In this document: piece after piece, positions 37,950-52,192 of the stretch | How positions within the stretch are numbered: position 1 is the stretch's first letter | Layout: the number at the start of each line of letters is the position of its first letter | NCBI GenBank assembly: GCA_037379345.1 | Contig: CM074519.1 | Location: 40,530,851 to 40,594,850 of the forward strand | Length of the DNA stretch: 64,000 bases | Direction of reading: 5' to 3' | Origin: Perna viridis | Taxonomy: Eukaryota | Program-made: the position numbers and the translations under genes | Notes under the pieces: model-generated | Told to the model about the DNA's origin: nothing | Database searches by the model: none | Seen by the model: the letters and a program-made list of their open reading frames with translations, nothing else

Positions 37950-40900
37950 CTGAAAAAAAAACACAAGAAAGCAATCATTATTAAAGGGCTTAAGTTGCAT
38001 GATTTCCATCTCCTTCTTTCTCAGAACAGACAATGAAAAAATTATTTTAGATGTAACAACATGATCTTACAATAAAATTATGTAATAACTGTTTGAGATA
38101 TATTCTAATTGATAGATGGTGTCTTGGTTTGTAGACCTCAATATTTACACACAAAATTAATGTTTAAAAGTTTTTATATATAACCACATAACAGGAATTA
38201 TACAAATTAAGAGTTTAAAAGATCTGACAGAATACCAACAGCACTATGATGTTAGTATGCTGCAGGTAAAATTCTCATACTAATAGTATGATAATCACGA
38301 AATTTTCAGTAGTTTATCTTTCTACTGTTGGACTTTTATATCCAGGCCACTGCACTTTAATATGTCTCATTAATTCTCACATTAACAACGTTCAAGGCAG
38401 CGGGAGACATTCTAAACATTATCCCTTTTATACACTAGGTGCAGTTGTTAGCATACTGACATACAAATAATCCTTTCAAAAAATAAATATTCATTCAAAA
38501 TTCATTTGACACTGCTGGTTCAAAATCTGCGAGAGTTTAACCCCAGACTCAAAAAACTAATTATACCTTCTGAATAAAGTCCTAATTAAGTACAAAAATG
38601 TAATTACATTAGTAATGTCTGTAAGGTGAAATGTACCACTAACAACCCATGAAATAAAGAACTTAAAGTCCACAGTTACATGGTCCTTAAGAAACTGTAC
38701 AGTGATCTTGTTTACTCCAACTCCAAAAGAAAATGAAATGGAGATTATATCAGACAACTTGTCAAGAGTAAATATGATTGCCACCTGGGCCTCACATCAA
38801 TTTCATCTTAAATGATACTTACATCTAAGATTTATTTTTGCCAACTTTTCATCTTTTTTCCTCATAAATATAAAAATGCAAATTTTACAACACATAGGAT
38901 CATTGGACACAGTGGCATGAGTATGTCTTTACTATCTACCAGTAGAGGTTGTCACAATGATCACAAAGTTTAAGTGTCAGTCTCATGTTACTCCCCACCC
39001 ATCCAAATCTTACTGAGGTTAATGTGTAAATTATCATTTTAAATGTGATACTTTTTAAACTGATACAATCAAAGATTTAAATATGATATACAAATGTATT
39101 TTGAGTACCTGATATAATCATATTGTACCACATATAAGATATACTGTGTTACTGCCTGATGTAAGATTTTCTCAGCAGTCTGTCTTGTTATAAATGATTT
39201 TAGAGCAATGAGCTTGTTTGGTACAATTAGCACTAGGTGTCAATATCCTATACCTAAGTCGGATGTTGTTATCATTTTGTTTAAGTAGCTGTCTTTGTAA
39301 GAATCATGCAAAATCTGAAAAATGTGATACACCTCAAAAAGGCTACATATTTTTATTTTTGTAATTGAGTTATTTTTATGGGTCTCTACTATGAAATGAG
39401 TAATTATTCATTCAAATCTGCCTGCTCTTAGGAGATAATCAACATTGAAAATCCTGCAGATTCTATTGTATTTGAGTGCCATTTACAGAGTTATTTCCCT
39501 TAATTTTGAAATCTACAGTGCATTCTATATAATTTTTATCTCCTAAGAGCACGGGTTATATGAAAAACCACATGTTATTTTCTGTTTACTGTGACATTTC
39601 AAACAAATATCAAAAATAAAAATATGTAGGCTTTTTACCCATGAATCACATTTTGCATGATTCTTAGCTGGAGCGCTACTTAAAAACAAAATCAATTTAG
39701 AACAGTTTTTTTCAATACTTAAAAAGGCACAAAGTACCAGAAACTCAAATGAATTCATTCATTATCACTTGGGGCAATCGACAATATAATATAACATGTA
39801 TTTTTCAACAAAGCATTTCTTGAAGATTTAAAAATATTTTTTTTCCTTTTATAGTTTGATTTATATTAAGCCTCCAGATTTTGCAAAAGTCTTTATAAGA
39901 GAGCAGTTGGAAATTGTGTTTGACCAATTGATGATGACATTAAATGGCCATATATCTTATTTCATTACCAATAGGTCAAACGGAATTAAAACATAGAAAA
40001 AGTACTTCAAAATGAATTTTAAACCACAAATTTTCAGAGGTCATTATATATTCAACAGGTGCTAACTTGACTCATATGATAAGTTTTCAGGACATTTACA
40101 ATTCTACAATTCTTATAGGAGTTTATTTGGGCCATGCTATCACCTTTTCAATTGTTCGAGTTAACTCGACCCACCCATCCCCCCCCCATTGTAATCTAAC
40201 TTACACACATAAACTTACACTGAGGAGTTTCTACTACTGCCAACTTCAATATAAATACACACATAAACAAATATAATTAATGTGAACCATAAAAACAAAA
40301 ACTTAAAAATATATTTAACTAAATCTAGGGCATAGTTGCATAAATTATATATAATGGCAACAAAAAATGCAATAAAAATATAAAAAAGAAATACAGTTTA
40401 TGGGCCCTGTTTATCATTATCCATGAACCAGTGGCCAACCTACACTTCTGTTCTACATAAAACTCATGATAAAATGTTCTAACTGAAAGAAAAATATTTA
40501 TTCGGTTTATAATGAAATGGAAAACATTTATAAAATGATAATTAAGAGCAAGGTGACACAATATTTAATCTACAACTAGATTCCCAGGTGGCCTGTTTTT
40601 ATTCTGACATTAAAAATATCCCAACATAAAATATCCAACTTTTTTTTTATGGCAGACTGAAATAAAGCAGTAAATGGCATGGAGAGAAAGACTGGATTAT
40701 AATTTTTTACAGTAAGATAAAAAAGTAGATATAAATTTACATCTGAAATTATAATTATTTTCCTGGTTCATAATTATTTTGTATCTATCAACTTTTGATG
40801 GTGATGGGAATGTATATTGTTGAAAAGAATGGTAGCGTAGAACTGAATGGACTCTTTGATTATTATATTTCTGGCTATTGGTATATACCAAATACTATTC

Positions 40901-41387
40901 CTTAGTATAAAGTCAGTTTAAAGTTTTCTTGTGACTCTTGAATGTATTTGATTAGAACTTTATCACCAATTATTTTACAATAAAATGCTATAGAAGATTT
41001 ATGATCTTCAAATAGTGATAAAATTCACCAGATCAAGTGATCCCAGAGGTAGAGTCTTTTATTTATTTTAGACCTGAATGCTTACAGAAGAGCCACCAAA
41101 AGAGAAACAGATGACAGATGCCTACTATCAATTTTGTTGTGTGGGTGTATATTTAAGTATCTTCTAAGTCTGCAATAAATTTAAGCAACATAAACAAATA
41201 ATGAGATAAGAATTCTTCATCCTGTAAAATACATTGTACTAAAAAAGCGGACCAATAAATGGTCCACTTATACACAGAAACAATGGATTAATTCCAATCC
41301 AAAAAGAACTACAGAAAATTTAGAATGTGTGATGAGATACTGATTCTTAACAAAAAGACAAACTAAGTAAGAAAAAAACAGTTGCGT

Positions 41388-41580
41388 AGAGTTATTAAGG
41401 GAACCAAGATTCTAGTGGAAATCAAAAGAATGCAATCTAGGAATAAAGACAGGATGGGGAAAACACAGACACTACATACAATACGAAATAACCATAATAA
41501 CATTAAGAAACAAAAGTCAATGAGCAACTCTGACTCCACTATAAACAGGGACCAGGTGCACAGGTAAGGTAAGCATCTTC
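41388..41580 (-). mobile_element. Dispersed copy of the retroelement 3' end
   Basis: aagggaaccaagattctagtggaaatcaaaagaatg...atgagcaactc...ggaccaggtgcacaggta shared with copy at 301-482. Confidence 0.75.
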
Positions 41581-43417
41581 ATAGAGCATGTTAGTAAAAA
41601 AAAGAAGTCTTAAAATAGAGCAGTTTCTAGTTGAAGTGTAAAATCAGACTGAAAGTTGAATGCATCCTCAGATCATGTTTAGAACATAAGCAGCCCATTA
41701 ACTTACAAATGCTTCTATTCCACATGGCTGAACTTTATTTTTACCCCTAGAAAGTTAATCATTGCCCTCACCTTTGAAATTACAGGTAACAAACAGCTTT
41801 AATTGCATTTAAATTCCTTGGCAGGTAAAACTAAATGTAAAGCCATTAAGATCACTTTGATGTAATATTGCTGCAATTTACAGATGTAAAGATTTGGTGC
41901 ATTTTATTTGAAAAACCATTATATGTGTATTACCATAAAACTGCATCAAATTCCATACAACCATGAATGTTGGGCAGCCAAGCTTTTAAAACAGTCAGAG
42001 AATATCTATACAGGTATAAGGAGGTATTGGAGGATCTTCATATCCTCCCTGATCAACAGAGTTAGTTAAATATTACAGCATTAAATACAATATTGCTTAA
42101 ATAGTATGCATATTCGACAAGACAGTTATTTTAAAGAATTTTATTAATTGTAACTCTGTGGAATTTGCTAGAAGTAATTATGGTAAAAATTACTAATACT
42201 TTATGTAAGGTTTCATTATTGAAACTTTTAAGTTCATCCCACTTTTCCTCAGTAATTAAAAAAATGTCTAAATAACTTGTGAACATGAATTTTTCTTATT
42301 ATCTTTTAAAGAAATTCTTCTTTTTTTCAAAGATAAATCTGAACCTACCTTTGAAATAATACATTGACATATTTTCCTACTCCCCAAATAAAATAGTGAC
42401 TTCTAAAGAACCGTAACTCATAAAAATAAATAGCACATCTACATTTCAGTATTCTATGTATGGTATTATAACACATAGGTGTTATAATATCTCTTCCTAA
42501 GTAAATATTTATTATATATTATACAATAATCTTCCTTAAAGTATCTCTGCCATTTATAAAGATTACAATGTCATAGAACTCCTATGATGAAGATTAGTCT
42601 CCCTTTACTAAATAACTTGTTCTATACAATGTACCTTAAGTGTCTCACTAATCCACAATGAAAACAAACAGGTACTTATAGAAAAATATTTCTTTGTATT
42701 TTATAAGTATTAGGCATTATATGGTAAAAAGGTAAATAAATAAATGATAAATATAGTACAAAGCTTAATGGTCCCTTACATAAACCTAAAACAAGCCTTC
42801 CTTAAAATGTGGTCAAAACAAAGAACATTAAGGGGAATGATTTCTTATTTAATATTCAAGTTTTAATGCATCTATTAATGTTTGCTTTTTTGCACTTTGT
42901 CAACTTTATAACATTTATCCTATTTTTTTCAAATATCAAAAAAAAAAAAAATTTCATAAAACTTGAAAGACTATTGGCAACTCGCCTAATGGTGATACAG
43001 GGCAATTCATGGATGAAATCTGGCTTAAAGTAAGGTCTAAGTAAGCATTAAAAAGTCTAAATATTATTAATGCTTTCATTTTGAAGTCTGGAATACCATG
43101 AAGTATTTGTTAAAGTCATCAGTTACCTACCAGCAATAGAGGCCTTGTGTCAAATCTAGATTCATTCTATCTCATTAGAAATGTAAATATTTTACTGAAC
43201 TTAATTTGAAGAGTTCACAAAACTGTAGAGTTATCCATAAAGAGGTCTTGTAAAGCACTCAAACTTTAAATCCTTTTTTTTAATGTAAATATTTGAATAG
43301 AATGTTACAAAAAATCTTTTTTTTATAATCAATGTCAAAAAGGACATCAGAAATTCAATAATGGTACTGTAAGTGTCATTTTATTTGTCCAGCCAAATGT
43401 AAGGAAAATCTTATAAT

Positions 43418-43861
43418 ACACAGATATACCTATGAGCATAATACTATACAGCTATACCTACCAGCATAATACTATACAGGTATACCTACCAGCATAATAC
43501 TATACAGGTATACCTACCAGCATAATACTATACAGGTATACCTACCAGCATAATAAAGTACAGGTATACCTACCAGCATAATACTGTACAGGTATACCTA
43601 CCAGCATAATAAAGTACAGGTATACCTACCAGCATAATACTATACAGGTATACCTACCAGCATAATACTATACAGGTATACCTACCAGCATAATACTGTA
43701 CAGGTATACCTACCAGCATAATAAAGTACAGGTATACCTACCAGCATAATAATATACAGGTATACCTACCATCATAATACTATACAGGTATACCTACCAG
43801 CATAATACTATACAGGTATACCTACTAGCATAATAATATACAGGTATACCTACCAGCATAA
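43418..43861. repeat. 28-bp minisatellite, about 16 copies
   Basis: Unit tatacaggtatacctaccagcataatac. Confidence 0.97.
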
Positions 43862-46141
43862 AAATGAAGTTAGTTGGCAATGCTATAGGGATACCTTAAC
43901 ATTCAGTAAGTTGTTATTAATTCATCATAAGATTCGGGCATATCAGGAATCCTACTGGTTTCCTAATTTGAAACTATTCAGTGTCAGCTAACATACACAG
44001 GTGGTATCAGTAGATACCATGCAAGTTTCATATTTATGAAAGAACCCATCACCAGTTTATTGTGTAATATATCTGGGTATTTCTATTCAATCTTATTTTT
44101 TTCCATCCTTTATAATCAGTTTAATGAATAATTCAATACTACCATGCTAAGGCTTGTTCTGAAATGATATGGGGCAGAATGTAACTTTAGAAGTAATCTG
44201 GTGATGATGTCTGCAATCTATGCCCTGACCAAAAAAAATGTAATAACTTAGCCTGAACATGACAGTTTAATTAAAAGGAAGAAATATACATTTTAATATA
44301 CTTTTTTGAGTTTTCATACACAGCAATGGGTTTAGATTTCAACATTTGATATGTTTTCTGTGTGATAAAATGGCCTTATGATATTTATGCATAGTAAGTT
44401 GACAAAAACTTTACACCCTAGTATATAACTCTTCTTTGATTCAATAAAATCATTGAGTGTGTATTAAGTCCATTATCAAATTTAGGAAAAAGTCCATGTG
44501 TTTAAATTGCACTCATAATCATGCTAGATATACCCCTACTAGTTACATATAGCAAAAAACTCGGAAACTCCCACAAAACAAGAACTAGATACTGGATAGC
44601 AATAAAATTCACAACCAAAAAATATCCAATCTACATGAAGTCCAATATCAAATTTGAAATAAATCCATCCATTGAGAGTCAATGAAATTCAGATGCAGAA
44701 AATGATTAATGGAATGACGGACAGACAAGGTGATTCCAATATATCATGACTCATGAGTAGGACTATAATATGATAGTATTCAGAATGAGGTGGTGACAAG
44801 TTAAGAGAGTATCCTAATGGGCAATGATGGGTTGACTAGTCTAAGTGTCAATAGTCATTGAACTAAAGACCTTACAGAATTCCCAAGTAGAAATGGTCTT
44901 CATCTTAACCAAGATATTCTAAGTACCTTAGGCACCACTTTAAGTCAGTATCGCGCTGGTATTTTAAGTCTCATCCTTACCTAAGATTTGACAATATTTG
45001 TTTGTCTTCATATTTACAGGGACATATTTTTATGTAAGCCCACACAAACTTAAACAGATGTAGAATTTGTATCTGTTTAATGTTAAAGTCAACAATTTCC
45101 ATAACGTTTATCAGCATATTTTTCATGACCTTCAAACTGACCTCAGAATAAATCATTTATGAAAAGATTTGGTATGTACACTGATAATGTCTTGCCTAAT
45201 TTTAAAAAAAATGAATTGAATATAAAAACGGAAACTTTAAGAGGGTCCAAGATCTTGCATTCTTCTATACTTCTTAGAAAGTAAGCATATAACACATGAC
45301 TATCTTCAATTCAACCAAGAACAAAAATCTTATAATTGATATTTTCTCTTTCAACTCAATGACGGTTATCTTTAAAAAATATTTCAAAGTACTTTGAAAG
45401 CACACATAACTATGTGAGAAATGTATGACCCAAATTGGTACACTTCATAACATACTACCAAATTTTGTAGTAATAAGCTTAATCAGATACTCTGGAGTCT
45501 GACTAACACATAATCCATTTATACGAGATATTCTACTTTAACATTTCTATAATATATTAGGTGGGCAATTTAGCACAGGTCTTCAGAATATTTGAACGTG
45601 AATTTCAGAACCAACAAAACTTTGTTTAACTTTTACCTTTACACTTCAATGTTACGGCCTTTCCAAGGACACCCCCCTAAACAAAACCTCTCTGCACAAC
45701 AGACAAAATTCTGACATTTTTCAATAAATTTCTTATTAAATAATCATTTTTGTCGACCTTTTGACCAAAACATTAAACTTAAGTGATTTCTGATGATTTA
45801 TGAACATTCACCTGAATGTAAGGACAGGTAAAAAGTCGTTAGTGGTCCTTTGAAGTTGTTTGGCAAACCTAAAGACCAACTTTTATTGTGTCCAGAGTAA
45901 ACATAGGACACTTGACTATCATAAAACTTACACCAATATCTTATACAGTCCTCTCTACTAACAGAAAGAGTTGGAAAATTGTAGGGCTACAATTTGAATA
46001 AGTGTACAACTCTTTAAAAGTATAAGGCAGGAAGTCACCATGTATTAATGTTCTGCAATACAGTAAAATGTGTCTTAGTGAGCATCTGTATTCTGTAATA
46101 ACTGGTCTTAAAAGAACATGTTTTAAATTCACTATGTACTA

Positions 46142-46740
46142 ACCACCTGTCTAATGTGATGTAAATACAGACCACCTGTCTAATGTGGTGTATATACAGA
46201 CCATCCGTCTAATGTGCTGTATATATAGACCACCTGTCTAATGCGGTGTATATACAGACCACCCGTCTTATGTGGTGTATATACAGTCCATCTGTCTGAT
46301 GTGGTGTATATATATATACCACCTGTCTAATGTGGTGTATATACTGACCATCTGTCTAATGCAGTGTATATACAGACCACCCGTCTAATGCGGTGTATAT
46401 ACAGTCCATCTGTCTGATGTGGTGTATATATATACCACCTGTCTAATGTGGTGTATATTCTGACCACCTGTCTAATGCAGTATATATACAGTCTACCTGT
46501 CTACTGCAGTGTATATACAGTCTACCTGTCTAATGCGGTGTATATACAGTCTACCTGTCTAATGCTGTGTATATACAGTCTACCTGTCTACTGCAGTGTA
46601 TATACAGTCTACCTGTCTACTGCTGTGTATATACAGTCTACCTGTCTACTGCAGTGTATATACAGTCTACCTGTCTAATGTGGTGTATATACAGTCTACC
46701 TGTCTAATGCGGTGTATATACTGACCACCTGTCTAATGTG
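46142..46740. repeat. 29-bp minisatellite, about 20 copies
   Basis: Unit accacctgtctaatgtggtgtatatacag with variants. Confidence 0.97.
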
Positions 46741-47639
46741 ATCATGATTGTGCTCTCCATTGGAAGGTCATTTTAGACATTTTAATAAATTGATGAGTTT
46801 TTGTTCATTTGTTTATAACAGAAAGTGAAATATTCATTAAGTTTTATATCTTTTGTTTGCACTATATAGATCTTGATCAAAGGTCATGCAGAGGTTACCT
46901 TACAATGTCAAGGTTAGGATGTACAGACTTTAATAGTTATATATCAACCTGTCTGGTAAATATCTAAATAGAACTGAACCATCAGTACGTGATTTTTTAT
47001 TCAAACTAAGTGTACAATACTAATACAAGAGTAAGTGTGGTAAAATATCAGTAACTTACATCTGCCTGTTTCTTAAAGGGGTATATCATAAACATGGGAC
47101 ATATATAGCTTCTGTTATATTTGATATGCTATATTGAGGTTTATATTGATTTTTCTCAATCAAATACATATCAAATATTGATGGCATATAAAACATGATC
47201 TGACCAGAAAACATAGGCTTCTCAATTACTCAAAACTTAATGATTTTTCAGAAATTCACATTTTATAGGCAATCATGATTGGTATCTATATTTTTCTCTG
47301 GTCCATTATGGGTATATTACTTTAGTTACATCAAAACTGTAAAAACAGTAGTCCACTTTTATAGAACAATTACAAAAGTAACATACCACATAGCCATAAA
47401 TGGAGTTTTGTTTACATTTTATTCAGATTGATGGCAAATTCAGTGGTCATTTAATATCAGCAAAAATATTATAGTATTCCAGCTAGCATAATATAAAAAT
47501 ATTGAAACATCATTATATTGCCAATGCAACTTATTCTACTTGCATGTAAGTGATACATGTAGCAAACAAATAAGGCTAAATTAATTGAAACAAATGAAGC
47601 TAAGCTAAAGACAAAGATTAGCAATATTCTATCGCTTAC

Positions 47640-47682
47640 CTTCCAAATCAGTTCTCAGTACTATATATACGTAGGAAGTCAT
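47640..47682 (-). CDS. Candidate alternative first coding exon (MTSYVYIVLRTDLE)
   Basis: ataATG start, 14 codons + 1 nt, strong AAG|gtaagc donor; phase 1 matches the acceptor at 37949. Confidence 0.45.
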
Positions 47683-50659
47683 TATTTCAGTTTTATGCTA
47701 TGCACCATAATTACTATCTTCTATGTATTTCCAATGATACGTAAAGAATTCCAAAAAAGTGACATTCTCAAGTACATGTATACCAATGCCTTGCACTATT
47801 GACAAAATTCATGGCTTAATTATTTAAAGTTGAGTTCAAGCTTTGGCCTATTCTAGAATTAATTTCCACATAAATAATCAAATCTGCACCTTTCAGTTTA
47901 AAAAAAAATAATAATCCCACAAGAATGTCAAATTTAATATTTTTTAAAATTCTACAATGTCCTGCGGTTATTATGATTATCTATAATTTTCTTTATGCCA
48001 GTCATGATGACAATGGTCCAGGAGTCCCGCTGGAGTCTTGCTGAAGTCACGCTGGTAATCTGGACGGGTCCAGACAATTTGCACTTACGTTTAATAACTT
48101 TGACACAACAAGTGGTTAGCTACTTAATCCACATTAATCCTTAAATTCCACATAATTTATCTGTGGAGTACAGAAAAATTAAATGTCTGGTCTATTCAAA
48201 GTAAATAGCCCAAAAGGTAACCAACTGCATGACTGTCATAATGGATTAATATTTTTCAATTTTCATAGACAAGAAATTTTGTAAAAGGTTTCCACAGAAA
48301 CATCTCAATTAATCCGTTCACTTTGAAATCAGGAACTTCTTATGTTCCATTGTATTAAAAAAATGACAGATTTGACGAATGACAAAGCCTTTACAGATAA
48401 GAAATCCTTAAAATAACAACAAGGAACAAAGTCATCATTAAAAAAAAAATCGAATAAATCACAAGTTGGATGATTCTTTCTCAAGTGACCTACACTTATT
48501 AAATGTCTCCTAAACAGTCAAGTGATATCATATCCCCAAATATATCAATGATTCTGATCCTTATATTGCATTCTATCATGGAAGGCAATCACTTAAACTT
48601 ATAGAGATAAAATTATAAAAAATGTGTCTCACTTCAAAACTGACAATCCACCTGTGTAACACTGATGCTTCGTGACAAATTAAGAATATTTTTATTCACC
48701 AATATTTACTTATATTCCACTGTCATTACAATATATTTAGCATGATTTTACAAATCAAGTCTGACAATATCCAGTATGGTCAATCACAACCAACACATGT
48801 TCAGTCTTCTAAGTTGGACAGGCAATCTGCAACTATTTCAGGTAAACAAGTCTTTAACGATCTTTTGTCAACACATCAAACAGATACTTGGGAAGAACAA
48901 ATAATCTCTGTGTCATTTAAACTGCTTTCCACAATTCACGCATGGCATTTAAATATGGAGAAATATGCAATTTCCGTAGAAAAAACTCTTAATCGAAATT
49001 AATGGAATACCATAAAATAGTTCTGTTCAATATAACTGTTTTTATCAGCGGGGATGTAAACATGACATGTTGCTAGAGAGGTTATATCTTGTTTTCAGTA
49101 TCTAGTGTGCAATACTCTCAAATGTGTAGTAATGACATTGTAATATTAAATATAAAGCTTTAACAAAATAAAATGTTTTAAGATGTATTGCCCAATTTCA
49201 CTTCTAAAAAAAGATAATTATAAACACATTTATAATAAACCTATATAACTTTAAGTGCAAGTATCACAAGTATTACAGAGAATTAGATCAAATCTGGTTT
49301 GTCCTGAAGTTGACATTTCCAAACAAATAACTCCTTTGTCCATTATCAAAATGCTGAGTTCTACTTTGTCAACAAGGAGATCATAGTTAGATTGACAAGA
49401 GCTTTTTAAATGACGACAGAAAAAAACTCCTCCACAGCCCATCACTATATTACCGATCCTCATACAAAGCCTTTGCGTTCACTATACAAGGCTTACCTAT
49501 TTATTATGTAACTCCATATCTACTTAATACATGGTATCTTAACCTACAATTATTCATTTTGATACTTTCTATTCATCAGTTAGAAACTAAATATCATCGT
49601 TTATTTAAAAAGTAACAAGGTAGCGTAGGTGCACAGGATACGAGTGTGGTAGAACATGTATTATTCAAAATGTTACAAGTAATTACTGGTAAAATCTGTC
49701 ACATTGACGGATTTGCATTGTAAATGTTGCTTATATCCTTGCAAATAAAGTACAGATTACAATATACGTTGAATCAGCTTCAAATATGAGGACAGATTCA
49801 ATTTTGATTTATTTTTGATAGATATACCCTTACAGTTTAAAGCAAAAACAATATATCTTCAATAGAAATCAAATATTTAATTAAAAAATTATGTAAATTA
49901 CATGTACCTCTACCCTTCAACCTACTAGCCTTTAGTTAAAGGTCATAAAAACATCTTGTTATAAATGATCAAGTTGAGCCAGAACTTACCACGTTCTATG
50001 TAGTTTCCTTATAAAAGATATTTTTTGTGTTTGGAAAGAAAAAATATATATAAAACAGAATGACAAAAGTCTAACAACATAAAAAACCTATTTCTCCAGA
50101 AATAAATTCATTTCTTACCAGAGTCAATTCTTCATCAAAATTAGGCCATTCAGATACAATAGTATATTATAAGATACTGATCCAAAGTTCTATTAAATTA
50201 ACTGTTGACAGTTATGCCACCTCTATATATACTAACCAGACCATACCAACTTCTGATCTATCGTGGTCAGAGTTCAACAAAATGAAGAAATATGACACCA
50301 AAGGAGTAAAAACAAAACAAACCCTACCATAACTATTCATGTTAGATGATATCCACACAGAGTTCACCCACACAATGGTGAAATATTTAAGATACCTGAT
50401 ACTGAGGTAAGCCACTGAATTACACATATCTTTCGTCTTAAAGAAAATGCATCAATATGATACATTAAAAATAAGACATTCAACCCAGTCACAACATTAG
50501 ATAGTATAAATGAGTTATTTATCAATAAACAAATTTCAGATTAATTTCAGAACCTTGATGTCAACTGAGCTCAATTGACATAACATTGGACACATTGTGA
50601 TGAAAGAAAACAGACCAGAATTTGACTTGATCACTGCTAAGAAATTTATATCAATTGAA

Positions 50660-50749
50660 ACATTGGAGAGATCTTTCATGGTGGCTGACATTGGAGAGAT
50701 CTTTCATGGTGGCTGACATTGGAGAGATCTTTCATTGGTGGCAGACATT
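50660..50749. repeat. 28-bp tandem repeat, 3 copies
   Basis: Unit acattggagagatctttcatggtggctg. Confidence 0.93.
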
Positions 50750-51919
50750 TTTAAATGACCTTTCACCAGCTTCTGTCAGTTTCCACTGAATTTCATGGCA
50801 ATTGGCAAATATGTTTTAAATTGGTCAAACAGGTCTTAAATATAAGGAGTCTGAAATTATAAAGTAAGGCATAAAAGGATTTGTCAATTGTCAGTCCTTT
50901 GTCTGGTCATCCAAGATGGTGTATGTATGTCAGGATAGTAACTTCTAAAACCTTTTGAAATATGCTTTCAGACATGTTTCTGCTTGGTCATCATACTTGC
51001 TTGATGATATGATTTGTTCCAAGTCTGAAGAAAAATTTGACTTGTAAATGAATTATCATACATGTAGTCAATCATGAGTTTTAGAACTACCCTTAAACAA
51101 CTCTCAATAATGCTCATTACATATTGCTCCCTAAACTTTCCAATATAAGAAATATTTAAAATGTTTCTTTCTAATCTCAATATTTTACTCAATCACTCAT
51201 TATACCTTTTAAACTTTCCATATATCGATATAAGTGTTTTAAAATGGCATCTGCAATACAGTAACAAAGTAACTATTTCTACCCCATAAATAAAGAGCAA
51301 ACATGCCTCTGCCAGTAAAATATGAGATGAGATTCATTGATGCTGAAATAATGGAGGGAAACTGGATCATCTCAGTTATACTAAATCTGTAAAATAACCC
51401 TCAGAAAGGACATATGACCTTAATACATAAATGAAAAGGACTTGCTACACCTATGAAATCTGTCCTTCAAAATATAAATCTTCCTAATTAATTTTCACTG
51501 TTTGTGAAAGATAAGAACTGAGCCAAGGACTTAAACCTCCAAATATCAGCAGAGCTATCCTATGTTTTATATCACTAGGGGCTGAAGGTATGAGACCTTT
51601 AAAATTTACCGGACCACCTTCAAAATACCTAATTTCAAGGATTGTCTACCACAGACCTTCAAATCCTATAGTAATATTTCAAATCTTTCACTATGCTATG
51701 CATATGTTCAATTCTGTGTCACCAATTTTCAAAATTTTGTTGAGGATGTCAAATTACAGAATATAACCTACTGTATACTATATCTGTATATCTGTAAAGA
51801 ACAAATTACATGTATCAAGATATGTTGACCAACATTAAGTCAATAATTTATTCTATCTCACACTATCTTACCCCCCTGTCAGATAGTAAACCCTATAAAT
51901 AGCGGTAAGAATTAACAAC

Positions 51920-52192
51920 AATGCTACTATCCATGGGAGACCCAAAAGAGTAGTCAAGGATGTTAAAAACCCCTTCAGTCAGGCATCAATGCTTCCATCC
52001 ATAGGAGACCCAAAAGAGTAGTCAAGGATGTTAAAACCCCTTCAGTCGGGCATTAATGCTTCTATCCATGGGAGACCCAAAAGAGTAGTCAAGGATGTTA
52101 AAAACCCCTTCAGTCAGGCATCAATGCTTCCATCCATAGGAGACCCAAAAGAGTAGTCAAGGATGTTAAAAACCCCTTCAGTCAGGCATTAA
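51920..52192. repeat. 67/68-bp minisatellite, 4 copies
   Basis: Core ggagacccaaaagagtagtcaaggatgttaaaa(a)ccccttcagtc. Confidence 0.95.
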
